DNA of 64,000 nucleotides from Bryobacteraceae bacterium. Lineage in GTDB: Bacteria; Acidobacteriota; Terriglobia; Bryobacterales; Bryobacteraceae. Shown in pieces: positions 1 to 12,000 of the stretch. Location: NCBI GenBank assembly GCA_036003585.1, contig DASYSG010000045.1, forward strand, positions 37,094-101,093, read 5' to 3'. The notes beneath the pieces were generated by a model. The model ran no database searches. It was not told the DNA's origin and saw only the letters and a list, made by a program, of their open reading frames with translations. The translations under genes and the position numbers were made by a program. The stretch's first letter is position 1. The number at the start of each line of letters is the position of its first letter.

Positions 1-870
1 ACCAGGCGCTGGTGGGAAGGTCCCAATTACGAAGGTCCTTCCGACAAGACCGTAGCGGTGATCAAGTTCGAAAGTCTGAGCGGTGAGCCGCTAGCCGTCT
101 ATTACAACTACGCCATGCACGGGGTGGCCGCAGGCCAGCTCGACTTAGTCAGCGGCGATGCCCCCGGGACCACTTCGAAGTACATCGAAGATTCGTTCGA
201 CGATAAGATCGTCGCCTTGTGGTCGAGCGGCGCAGCCGGCGACCAGAACCCGATCTACTTTCAGCAGACCTACGACCTGCGCGAAATCCGCATCAAAGAC
301 TACGCCAAGCGCGGCATCGACATCAGCAACTCGATGCCTCCCGGCGGCCAGGGACTGAACAGAAAAGACCCGACCGTGATCAAGCTGATGAATCAGCAGA
401 AGCAGATGATTCTCTCCATGGGGCAGTTCCTGGGCGAAGAAGTGATGCACGTGATGCGGGAGATGGATCGCACGGAGTCGAGCATTCGCGTCGACGGGCG
501 GTTCAAGACCGTCAGTTGCCCGGGGCGCGAGCGCACGAATGAAGGACGGGCGGGCTTCCCCGGCGAGTACAAGGAGGCTGGTCCCGTGGACATCCGGCTG
601 GGACTACTGAGGCTCGGGGACATCATGATCGGTGCCGTCAACGCCGAGGTCTTCAACCCGATTGCCCAACGTCTTAAGAAAGAGTCGCCCTATGCCCGGA
701 CCATGATGGCGACGCTCACCAACGGCTCGGCGCGTTCCGGGTACCTCCCGCACGATGCCGGCTTCGGAATGTACACGTTTGAGGTTCTGTCTTCCCGATT
801 GCAGCCCGGCTGTGCGGAGTCTGCGATCGTCAACGGCATTCTCGATCTGATGGCCGACTCCGGGCACTAA
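1..870 (+). CDS. Partial CDS with its 5' end outside the window; hydrolase resembling the C-terminal part of neutral/alkaline ceramidase-like proteins
   Basis: Frame 1 is open from nt 1 into the listed ORF 58..870, so the N-terminus lies upstream. The family call rests only on my recollection of similar C-terminal regions ('NAEVFNPIAQRL', 'TLTNGSARSGYLPHDAGF') and is weak. Confidence 0.4.
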   Translation, partial: TRRWWEGPNYEGPSDKTVAVIKFESLSGEPLAVYYNYAMHGVAAGQLDLVSGDAPGTTSKYIEDSFDDKIVALWSSGAAGDQNPIYFQQTYDLREIRIKDYAKRGIDISNSMPPGGQGLNRKDPTVIKLMNQQKQMILSMGQFLGEEVMHVMREMDRTESSIRVDGRFKTVSCPGRERTNEGRAGFPGEYKEAGPVDIRLGLLRLGDIMIGAVNAEVFNPIAQRLKKESPYARTMMATLTNGSARSGYLPHDAGFGMYTFEVLSSRLQPGCAESAIVNGILDLMADSGH

Positions 871-2118
<1,248 letters not shown>

Positions 2119-2133
2119 GATCGACGAACGGCT

Positions 2134-3879
2134 ATGAATTACTCGCGTATATGGATGCTTCTCGGCGCAGGAGCCGCGGCTCTCCTCTGGTCTGGCGGAG
2201 CCGGGGCACAAGCTCCTGTCGGCGCCAAGACGATCACCGAGGCGGATTGCACCGCCGCTAAACTCGGCGACAGCATCCCGATTGCGGCGATCGGTGAGCC
2301 GGTATCCGCGGTCACCCTAAGCGCTCCGCGCTGGAACACAGCCGCGAAGGGATTGCCCCCGTACTGCATCGTGAATGGCTCGATGGCGCCGGTGGATCGT
2401 GCGCCGACCGCCAAGCCGATCAACTTCCAGGTGGCTTTTCCATCCACTTGGAATGGCCGTGCGGCTCAGCTTGGCGGTGGCGGGATGAACGGAACCATCC
2501 CTGGGCTCACGGGCGGCGGCCCGGGGAATCCATTCTCGCTGGGTTTTGTCACCTACGGTAGTGATTCTGGCCATCAGGCCGGATTCGGTTTCGGCGGGCC
2601 GGGCGCAGTAAAAGGCGCCGCGAAAGGCGCACCTCCCTCCGAAGATTGGGCGCTGAATGACGAGGCGATAAAGAATCTCGGCTATATGCAGATGAAGAAG
2701 ACACACGATGCCGCGATGGTGCTGATCCAACGGATGTACGGCGAGCGGCCCAAATACAACTACTACATCGGTACTTCGCAGGGCGGACGGGAGGCGCTGA
2801 CGGTTGCCCAGCGATACCCGAACGACTATGACGGAATCGCCGCGAACGTCCCGATCGTGAACTTCTCAACGCTCATGCTTGCGCCGGAGCTGATCCGCAT
2901 TCAGGAGAAGCCGGCGGCAAACTGGGTCACGCTGGCCAAGGTAAACGCTATACGCGGCGAGGTCATGCGCCAGTGCGACAAGCTCGACGGGCTGGTTGAC
3001 GGCATCATGAACAACTACATGGGGTGCCGCGCGATCTTCGACGTACATCAGGGCGCCAAGAACCGCCATCCTTGGGCCGCGAAACGTTGTCCGAACAATG
3101 TCGATCCCAACCCGGCGGATACCAGTGCGAATGCGTGTTTCACGGATGGCCAGATCTCGACCCTCGAGTTCGTCTATACGCGATACCCGTTCGCTGCACC
3201 GCTGGCGAATAACGTGAAGAGTTTCGGAATGTGGTTGCCCAACACGGATCCAAGCGGCAGCGGGCTGATCATGGGCTCGCGCTTCCGCGGGCAGGAAGGA
3301 GCGGCTGCAGATGCCCCGATGCACAGCCACCTCGGCGCGCTGGGCGTGACCGGCTTCCTAATGAAGGACCTCTCCGCGAACCCGCTCGACTACGTGGAAG
3401 GCGGCAAGGTCGCCGCCCGCCGGGCCGAGCTATCCCAATGGCTTGATGGCACCAATCCCGATCTGTCCGCGTTCCAGAAGCGGGGCGGCAAGATGATTGT
3501 CGCGATCGGCACCAATGATACACTTGCATCGCCCGCGTCCCAACTGGATTATTATCAATCGGTGCTCGACAAGATGGGCCGGTCCAAAGTGGATGGATTC
3601 GCGCGGTTCTATGTAATGCCTCAAACTGGCCACGGACTCAGCGGCACCAACTACGGCGTGGACGGGGATGGAAAATCCATTCCGACGCGGCCCGTTCCCA
3701 ACACCTTCGATCGGGTTGCACTGCTGATGGATTGGGTGGAAAAGGGCGTGGCTCCCGGCAAATCCATAAAAGTTACCGCCGGAGATCGCAGCCTTCCGAT
3801 GTGTTCATACCCTGAGTATCCGAAATACAACAAGGGACAAGTGGACGCGTCAGACTCATACGTTTGCAGCGCCCGGTAG
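2134..3879 (+). CDS. Secreted tannase/feruloyl-esterase family hydrolase
   Basis: Signal peptide MNYSRIWMLLGAGAAALLWSGGAGAQA and nucleophile elbow 'GTSQGGREALTVAQRYPNDYDGIAANVPIVNF'. The 581-aa size and scattered Cys residues fit this family. Confidence 0.7.
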   Translation: MNYSRIWMLLGAGAAALLWSGGAGAQAPVGAKTITEADCTAAKLGDSIPIAAIGEPVSAVTLSAPRWNTAAKGLPPYCIVNGSMAPVDRAPTAKPINFQVAFPSTWNGRAAQLGGGGMNGTIPGLTGGGPGNPFSLGFVTYGSDSGHQAGFGFGGPGAVKGAAKGAPPSEDWALNDEAIKNLGYMQMKKTHDAAMVLIQRMYGERPKYNYYIGTSQGGREALTVAQRYPNDYDGIAANVPIVNFSTLMLAPELIRIQEKPAANWVTLAKVNAIRGEVMRQCDKLDGLVDGIMNNYMGCRAIFDVHQGAKNRHPWAAKRCPNNVDPNPADTSANACFTDGQISTLEFVYTRYPFAAPLANNVKSFGMWLPNTDPSGSGLIMGSRFRGQEGAAADAPMHSHLGALGVTGFLMKDLSANPLDYVEGGKVAARRAELSQWLDGTNPDLSAFQKRGGKMIVAIGTNDTLASPASQLDYYQSVLDKMGRSKVDGFARFYVMPQTGHGLSGTNYGVDGDGKSIPTRPVPNTFDRVALLMDWVEKGVAPGKSIKVTAGDRSLPMCSYPEYPKYNKGQVDASDSYVCSAR

Positions 3880-4333
3880 ATTCGGCAACTTCTTCTGCGA
3901 TCAGATACCGGGCCGACAAGACGACGCGATTCCCTTCGCACGAGATTCGGGTATCGTGCGCCGCCTCTAAAGCCCCGTCATGCAACCGAGCGGTTACATG
4001 ACATGCCACGCTCACCTCTAAATCCGGGTTACTCAACCACCATCGCAATCCCCGACGCGCAATGTCTAAAAGCCCATATCTCGCCGTGATCGGAATGGAT
4101 ACATACCGGCTTGGGCGATCCGCTGGAAATCGGCGAAATCTGCTCGGACCGCAACTCACAGAATGAGTGTGGTGTGTTTCAAACGTTCGCTCACGATTAT
4201 GACTTAGATTATTTCTTCCGTTGTAGTCAATTTTGTAGCTGCCCGGAGCCTCCAGGACCCTCAAACGCCACAGCTTGCTACAGGTGCGCTAGCCAGGCCG
4301 CAACCCGGCATTGCAAATAAATGAGTTGTTTAC

Positions 4334-4384
4334 GTTGGTCGGGGCGGGGCGATTTGAACGCCCGACCCCCTGCGCCCAAGGCAG
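4334..4384 (-). repeat. Orphan copy of the 3' half of tRNA-Pro (distal att-type direct repeat of the island)
   Basis: gttggtcggggcggggcgatttgaacgcccgaccccctgcgcccaaggcag is identical base for base to 55367-55417. The flanking bases differ on both sides (4333 c vs 55366 t; 4385 a vs 55418 g). It contains the anticodon loop to CCA end but no 5' half. Confidence 0.9.
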
Positions 4385-4883
4385 ATTCCGGCCAACCTGC
4401 GGAATGCCCTATTTTCAAGGCCTTCTGTTTCAAACAGTTGCAGGGACCTTGTTGAAGTCGGTTGAATCCCATGGAACTCTTGGATTTCCGCAGCTACAGA
4501 ATTATCTACAGAGGAACTTCGGAACCAGATCGCCAGCTTGAGTATCCTTGCGGATAATCGGTCAGGAAACGCAGAATGGTCGATGCACGTGGAGATTCGT
4601 CCGGTGCTATTCGCGGAGTCACTTCAGCGCGTATCAAATGGCCGAACTTCGCTTTACTTGTACTTAGCGGGAGTCGCGCGGACAGTTGCGGCGTCTTCCG
4701 TGGGTTAGTCTACATCAAGCAGCCTTGCGGTGAGACCGCAAAACCAAACCCTCTAAGAAGGCCTGATAGGTGAGGTGAGCCCTAGGGGACGATTTCAGAA
4801 CATCGTTCTAATAAGTAAGTGGTCGTTGTCCCGGATTGCTAGAAATTGACGGCTACTCGTCGGAAGATTTGCAGCGCCTACTG

Positions 4884-6026
4884 TTAAGCCACTGCCCACA
4901 CTTTCGTGTCACGACCGGCGGTGACGAGATATTTGCCGTCTGGCGTAAACCGGCCGGAAATAAACGCCAGCGAGTAGCTCTCCGCAATTGGAGAATGGGT
5001 CACCTTGCCGAGCTGGACACCCGTCATAGCATCGTAAACGTTAACCGTCGGCTCAATGCGGCCGTCCGGCAACACAACCCGCTCTCCCACGGCGATCAGC
5101 TTTCCTTCAGGGGAGATCGATACTCCGGCTGCCGCGCTTATTGGAAGTCTCGCTAGGATTGAACCGTCCGCTCCGTCATAGATCCCGACGTAAAATTTGC
5201 GTGGATGGAGAAATGATTGATCGTATACGGCTGCCACGACCCAGCGGCCGTCCGGCGTCATTCCCACCTGCCAGGCGCCGCGATAGTAATCCGGTTCGAC
5301 GGGCCGCGTCCAGATCACGCTCAGGTCCTCCGTGCTGCGGCACACGAGCGCATGGTCTACGTTATAGACAACCCTCTTGCGATCAGCGGAGAAAGCGGGC
5401 GAATAACTATCCGGATCGTTGGGATAGCGCCTCGGGGAGGGTGCGAACGGTGCTCGCAGTGTTTCTTGATAATCAGGAAGTTTCGCACGGAAGAGCGTCA
5501 TTGAATGGTGGGTTTCAGAGCTGTGTTCGTCACCTAAAAGAAACGGCACGGCAAGGGGGAAGTACCCGAGGTGATAGTCGCACAGTCTCGTGTTTAGGTT
5601 CCCCGTCTTTAGATCTATAACTGCCTGTTGATAGCGTCGCCGATACCGCTCGTTTTCATCGATCAGGCTTGTCTGCGCATACAGGACTTCACCATCTGCG
5701 AAGAAGCGGGCGAGGAGCACGTCTTCACGGAGCTGCATGTCATAAATGGGTGTTCCGCTCTCTAACTCGACAACTTGCAGTTTTCCCCGGCGGTTGAATC
5801 CAAGACAGGCGTGGCGGCCGTCCGGCGAGATATCGAACGGACTAGCGTTTCTAAACTGTCTGATCAGCTTGAACTGAAGCTTGCCTCCAGAGCGTTGCTG
5901 ATTGATATTCGGCCCTTGTTGCCCACGCGCACGCTCAGCGCAGAACGGCATCGCCACGACTCCTGTGCAGGCCCTTAGGAATCGACGTCTGGATGCGTAT
6001 CGATCCGCACGGTCGATCATGGACAT
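4884..6026 (-). CDS. Tat-signal beta-propeller protein (WD40/TolB-like 'PDG' repeats); candidate immunity partner of the upstream RHS toxin
   Basis: The long ORF 4884..6116 overlaps the RHS gene. Internal ATGs at 6026 and 6020 give 'MSMIDRADRYASRRRFLRACTGVVAMPF' with a twin-arginine motif SRRRFL. The ATG at 6020 overlaps the RHS stop as ATGA (6017-6020). Repeats include 'ISPDGRH', 'MTPDGRWVV', 'ISPEGKLIAV' and 'FTPDGKYLVTAGRDTKVWAV'. Confidence 0.65.
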   Translation of the reverse strand: MSMIDRADRYASRRRFLRACTGVVAMPFCAERARGQQGPNINQQRSGGKLQFKLIRQFRNASPFDISPDGRHACLGFNRRGKLQVVELESGTPIYDMQLREDVLLARFFADGEVLYAQTSLIDENERYRRRYQQAVIDLKTGNLNTRLCDYHLGYFPLAVPFLLGDEHSSETHHSMTLFRAKLPDYQETLRAPFAPSPRRYPNDPDSYSPAFSADRKRVVYNVDHALVCRSTEDLSVIWTRPVEPDYYRGAWQVGMTPDGRWVVAAVYDQSFLHPRKFYVGIYDGADGSILARLPISAAAGVSISPEGKLIAVGERVVLPDGRIEPTVNVYDAMTGVQLGKVTHSPIAESYSLAFISGRFTPDGKYLVTAGRDTKVWAVA

Positions 6027-9000
6027 CCCCCTCCGATGCCCCGCGCGCTTAGCCCTGCTGCAACGTTGTGGTAGTTGGTATCCCCGCCAGTGAAACCATT
6101 TGCAATCACATTCCAACCGTGCCCGAGCCGGCCGCTTAAAGGTCCGAAGCTGGGATTGTGCGGGTCAATGTCTATGTTGATTACGTATTGACCGGACTGG
6201 CTGTCGAAGCCCCCCGTAATCTGCATGGAGTTGTCGGCAACATTCTGCCGATAATTCATGCCCGAATGGAAGGGATCCCAGCCTGCGTTGCTAAAGCACT
6301 TGGGGTCTCCGACAGTTGTGCAGATGCTCGCGACAAGGTCGTTATAGGCTCCTGCATCGCCCCTCAAGACGAGTTCGGTCATATCTGCACGTCGGCTCGG
6401 AGCCCCTGGATTATGCCCACCAGCCATCTGCATATCGAAGGTGAAGCCTGCGACCTTAATCCCAAGGGCATCTATATCGCCCTTTATTGTCGAGTAAACA
6501 AATCTCTGGGCACCCAACCAGTCTGCCCGATCGCAATTGGGATCGACGGACGGCACTGGATCGCCACCACCGCCACCTCCTCCGGCGCTGTCTGTAGGGG
6601 GATGGTAGCATTCTGGATCGTTTGGGTTGTAGTAACAGAAAGCTGGGTCTTCGCCGGGATAACAATTGACTCCGGACGGTTCGCAGTTCCCAGGGTCCGG
6701 ACCGCCACCATCGTCTGCTCCCGGTGTACCAGGCGCCTGTTGATATCGGCCCCTTGGATCAAAATAGTTAATCGGATCTCCTTCTACGTAGGAATACCGA
6801 TTCCAACTTGTGGGATCTTTTGAACTCGCCGGCACTGAATCGGGCGTTATGAACCGGCCCATCCCCGGCTGATGATACCGATTGTTCGCGTAATCGAGAC
6901 CTGTCTCACTATCCCGGAAGTAGGTAGCGAACTTTTCCTTGCCGTCCTGCGTGGCCGAGGGTCGTTCCTGGCCGTAAGGAAAGTATTTGCCGATCGAGCC
7001 GAGGCGGTCCGGCGTGACGTACCCGGTCGAGTTTTTGACGAGCTTGCCGCCGAAATAGTAATTCGTCCCGGTCTGCGTGGCCACGAGTTGCGGCTGCGTG
7101 TAGTATCCCCCGGGCTGATACTGGCTGAGATTATAGGTCGCCAGCTTCTGTCCGGTGATGCTCCAGAAGGTCACCTCATCGGTGCTGGGCAATGACCAGT
7201 TCTGGTCGTTCACAACGTAGTTCGTGCCCTTCCAAACGCGCTTGTTGCCGGGCCTATACGAATAGGCCACATCAGGAGTCACCGACCACGACGCGCCTTT
7301 GCGGACGAAGCGGTTCTCGACATCGTATGAATAGTAGCTGCCACACAGGTTGCCGTTGGCGTCCGCGCATTCGCCGGTCTGCCGGTTGGTGGCGGGGTCG
7401 TAGGTGACGTGCAGCGCCGGAGCCGTTCCAGAAGTGACGTTCTGATCAGTCAAGTTTCCGAACCCGTCGTAATTATAGCTCTGTCCCCAGCCGGAACCGG
7501 TCGCGCTGGCCAGACGGTTCAGCGAATCGTACATGTACGTAATCTGCTCGCCAGAGACGTTATCGTACTGAGAACTGATCTTGCCGTTGTTCTGCGTCGT
7601 CGGGTAAGCGTATTGAATGTCCAAGCTGCCGGATTGCAGTCTGGTCATCTGGCCGATTGAGTTGTAAGTGCGCGTCTCGTTCGGAGCGCCAGATGCCCCT
7701 GTCATCGTAAGCAATTGCCCCGTTGGTGCGTAAGTCGCATTGGCGATGATGTCGCTCGACGCCGTGAGGTCCGTGAGCTTTTGCAATCGTCCCATGCCAT
7801 CGAATGTATTCCCGAGGTTCGGTCCCGAAACCCAGGAAGATCCGTTCCAGGCGGATGGATACTGAGTCGCTGTCATGCGACCTTCGTTGTCGTAGGTATA
7901 ATTGGCGGTCAACGCCATGCTGATGTTTCCACCCTGACTGTAGTTTTGCGCGGGTTCGGAGACGCCGAGACTCTGGGAGGTCATCCCGCCGGGAGAGTTA
8001 TAGGTAAAGGTCTCAGTGAACGTGTGATCGCAGCTGGGATTCCCAAAAGCATATGCCAGCCCGCCCTTGTACTGCATGCTGGTGAGCCGACCGAGGCCGT
8101 ATTGGCCAGAGTCGTAGTAATAGTTTTCCTGCTGGCAGGTGTCCTCCGTGAATGTGCCGCCGGTGTATGTGCCACGACGTATCTGGGTCACGCGTTTGTA
8201 ACTGTCGTAGCTGTATTGAACCTGCTGACTTTTGGCGTCAGTTTTTGTTGCGAGGGTGTGGTCGGAGTTGTAGGTGTAGCTCACCGTGCCGTTCTCTGGA
8301 TTGGTCGCGCTGAGAAGCTGCGCGCCCGGCGGATTCCCGTAGTTGAACGTGCGGGTTTGCGTTCCGGTGGAACGCGGCATGCTTACCCCCGTGAGGTGGC
8401 CCAATGAATCATAACTGTAGTTGGTGAAGTATTCTGAACCGTTGCCGCCGCCGCTGCCCCAAGCTTCCAACTCAACAAGCCGGCTAAAACCACCGTGAGC
8501 AGCAGTAATATTTACTCGTATCTTTCCGGTTGTCACCGAAGAAAAAGTTAGTTTATTCCATGCCAAGGTATTACTGCTGATTGAACCTCCGGAAACCGTT
8601 TGCCATGACCCTGCACTATCGTACTGTACTTGAAAATCTGAGATACCGTATGAAGTAGCTGTCTGAGATGGCGTTATCGAAGCGCAATTGGGAAAACAAT
8701 CTGCAAGAGTGTACACATCAATTTCATTGATTGTTTTCTGGCCAGCGAAATCAATTTCAACCCACGATGGAGGTCCCGCGGCATCATTCCACCCTCCACT
8801 GTTCCCCCAGTTACTCCCAAGCTCATCACCATCATTAATGGAGGAGACTGGATAACTACTACTATATTGAGATGAGGCACTCGCCACAGCACCATTCAAA
8901 GATAGAGCGTAGTTTGTTGAAGAACCCCCGCCTGAGCTCGACGGGTTAGGCTCATTCACCTGAACCAGCTGGCCAAGCGCGTTCATGGTGTATTTCTTCC

Positions 9001-12000
9001 AATGGCCCGCTGCGTCAGTAACCGTCACGGTATTGCCTTGGTAGAGATAGTTCGTAGTGCCCGTGGTGTCCGTCCCTGCCGTTGTCGATGTGAGTGTGCG
9101 TCCGATGCCGTCATAGGTATAAGTTGTCCAGACTGGGGTCGCTCCAGGGGCATGCGGCAAAGCGGTCTGCTTCACCTTGCCTGTTGGCGAGCAACCGCAG
9201 GAATCGTACTGGGTCTCGGCGACTGACACCGTGCCCGACGCATTCCCGGTTTCCGTTTTTATGGTCCTGCCCAGGCCGTCCATAGAGTTCCTCGTCCAAC
9301 GGCCATTCACTGCGCTTGTCACAGTCGGCGGATTACTGGTATCGCTGTATGTATTGGTGGTGGTCGCCCCAAAAGGTGATGTTGTCGAGCTGGGCCGGGC
9401 GACAACATCGTAGCCAATGGTCATCTGAGCGCCGTTGGGATCTGTTTCATTGGTCAGACCCAGGAATGAGTTGTAGGTCAGACTGGTCGAAAAACCGCCG
9501 ACTGTGATCTGGGACGGAGCCGCGTAATTGGTTGTGCCGGTGCTGGTGAGCGAGGTCGTCACGCCATTGGAAGTTGTGCTGGTGACGCCGCCCGCGACAT
9601 CGTAATGCATCGTCTGGGTCCCGGCAGGAGAGGTAATGGTTGTTGGATTACCGCGCAGAGTGATTCCGCTCATCGAGGTATCCCAATCCAATATTCCCGA
9701 AAGACTAGTCAGTCCAAACTCGTCATACGTAACCGTTGTCGTTGGCGAGGTGGCCAGCCGGTTGAAGATATAACGCGATGCGTAGCCGCTCCCGGTTTGA
9801 TACGTGAAATTGTCAGTTCGAATTGGCGTTGAGAGATTGCCGTAATCAAAAGTATTCACCTGTGTGACATTGCCGTGCGTGTCCACGCTTTGGGTAGTCT
9901 TCTTTTGCGCGGCGTAGGATTGTCCCGGATCTGCCGTCACCAACGCCGTGCCGATGTAATAGTTGCCGACGGAGTCTTGAACCCAGGTGTAATCGTTTCG
10001 AATCTTTGCGACCTGCCCCGGCATCTGGCGACCCTCGTACTGGGTCACCAAACCAGCATTTGCGCCGCTAGTGGCGAATGCCCAGTACTTCTCACCAACG
10101 CCTCCTGGGTCGTCTAGTTGCGTGAACTGATGGATATTGGCGCTCGGCGTGAGCTCATGGGCAAACGGATATTGTGTCGAAGAGACCCCATCCTTGGACA
10201 GACGCCGGTGCACGACTTCCCGGTAGCTCAGGTTGTTCGCATACGTGGTCGTGCTGTAATCGTATGCAAGATAGCCTTTATACGGCAGCACTACTTGCGT
10301 GAGCTCTCCGAAAGCGTTGTAGGTAAACTCCTGATCCGTATTGTTCGCAATAACGACAACGCTCTGTAGCATTGTGACGGTGCCATAGGAAGTACTGTCG
10401 AATGGTGAGGAAAGTGACTGATTCGGTGAATAGTTGAACGTGTAGTTCTCGCCGGTCGGGACATAGACATTCATTCCAGTCAGGTGCGGAGGAGAGTCCG
10501 CGTTGTAATTGAACACGTAGGTGTTTGTACCTGGCGTCCGGACATCTTGAATAGTATTGATGCGGGCGCTGGAATCGGCCCACGTAGCTCCCAGACCGGT
10601 CTTGTAATGGACGATGATCTGGTTGCCGTTTGCATCTTCCATGAGCGTCGGATACATGACGCCCGAATCAGCCTCGGAGATGGCAGATGTGCAGCCGAAG
10701 TACCAGAAGCTTCCATCCCGGAAGTGTAGAGTCGAAGCAGCAGCGTCATAATAGACGTACACGGACTCTTTGGAACTCCACACGTTGCCAGAGTTCTGAT
10801 CGAGCCGATACTCTGCGCCAGTAGAATCGGTGAAAAGATAGTAATTGACAGAATACGCGTCGGCGAACTTCGGAGTAATCGAACCCGCCATCAGTCGCCA
10901 GCCGAAGCCGTAACCTACATCAGCTCCATACTTCCAAGTTCTGTTTGCATCGTAGCGCCAGTCCTGAGAGTTGTAATTGAGATTGAAGCCCACGCTCCAG
11001 CCATTCCGAGCTTTTGCATTGATTAGCGGCAGCGTGTAATTCAGATTCCCGGAGAGAACGTCAATATTCTCGCCAGTAGCACCCCAGTATGCGCCCGTTG
11101 TCCGCACGCCAACGCGGCGGCCTTCGGGGCTAAAGGCTGGAGTAGTCACAACGAAGTCTGTTGCTGCGGCGTTACCGTGAAAGTCCACGGGCTTGAGGGT
11201 GTAGGTGTAGGTGGTGCTTGGAGCAACCGTGCTATCGGAAAAGCTGAGATCGCTGGTGCTGCCAACCAACCACCCGTTCCGGTAAATCTCGTAATCGTAA
11301 ATTCCGGTCCCATTTGCATCATCGGAAGCCGCTGGCCACTGAATGTCGACGTGATTATAAAACGGGGTAGCGGAGATGCTTCCCGAAGGGATGGCACCTG
11401 GTGCGATCGAATCGAGATTCCCAAGATCGATCTCGGAGAGAAGCGGTCCCGAGGCAGGTTGATATGAGTCGAATCCTAGCTCTACCGCCATCCGGCCCGA
11501 GGTGTAAGTCGTGTCCGAGTATTGTAAGAAACGCACATTATCCACGTAGCCTAGGATCACTCCAGTCGAATTGCGCACGAACCGAAAAGTCATAAGGTCG
11601 TGACCCGGTCCGAAGCCGCCCGAGGACACGACAGTGAATTGGCCGCTGTCGATCCTTGACAAGGAGTAACTCGAACCAGTAGAGCCGAACTGAAAGTCGA
11701 TCTTGTAGCCGGAGCCAGCGGATGGCGCTCCGGGCGCGGACAGGTCCGTGCTCGCGCTCAAATAGACCGTTGCACTCCCTGGAAAAGTCGTCGTCGCCAT
11801 CCGGTAGGTCAGCTTCACCTCGCCTGGACTGGCAGTCGTACTGGGATAGGTCATCCGGCCCGATCCGCCGTAACTATTAAAGGCGATTCCGCCAAAACCG
11901 CCGTTCGAGTACACGGCCAGTTGGCCGTTATAGTTCTGTACGATCCAATTGGCCCAGACGGGACTTGCGCCATTCTCCGTGTAGTAGTAGGAGTACGCTC

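Noticed and set aside
4278-4472. ORFs 4278..4472 (-) and 55140..55412 (-) share the peptide 'GAGGRAFKSPRPDQ', which looks like a duplicated small protein.
   Set aside because: The shared peptide is just the translation of the tRNA-Pro 3'-half repeat. The similarity stops exactly at the repeat boundary.
6158-11595. Many 60-230-aa ORFs on both strands inside the RHS-1 gene (for example 6158..6823, 7715..8407, 11177..11467), and likewise inside RHS-2 (40857..41615, 44481..45014).
   Set aside because: They are alternative-frame or antisense ORFs within long, motif-rich RHS reading frames in GC-rich DNA. They are Arg/Gly/Pro-rich, low-complexity and lack RBSs.
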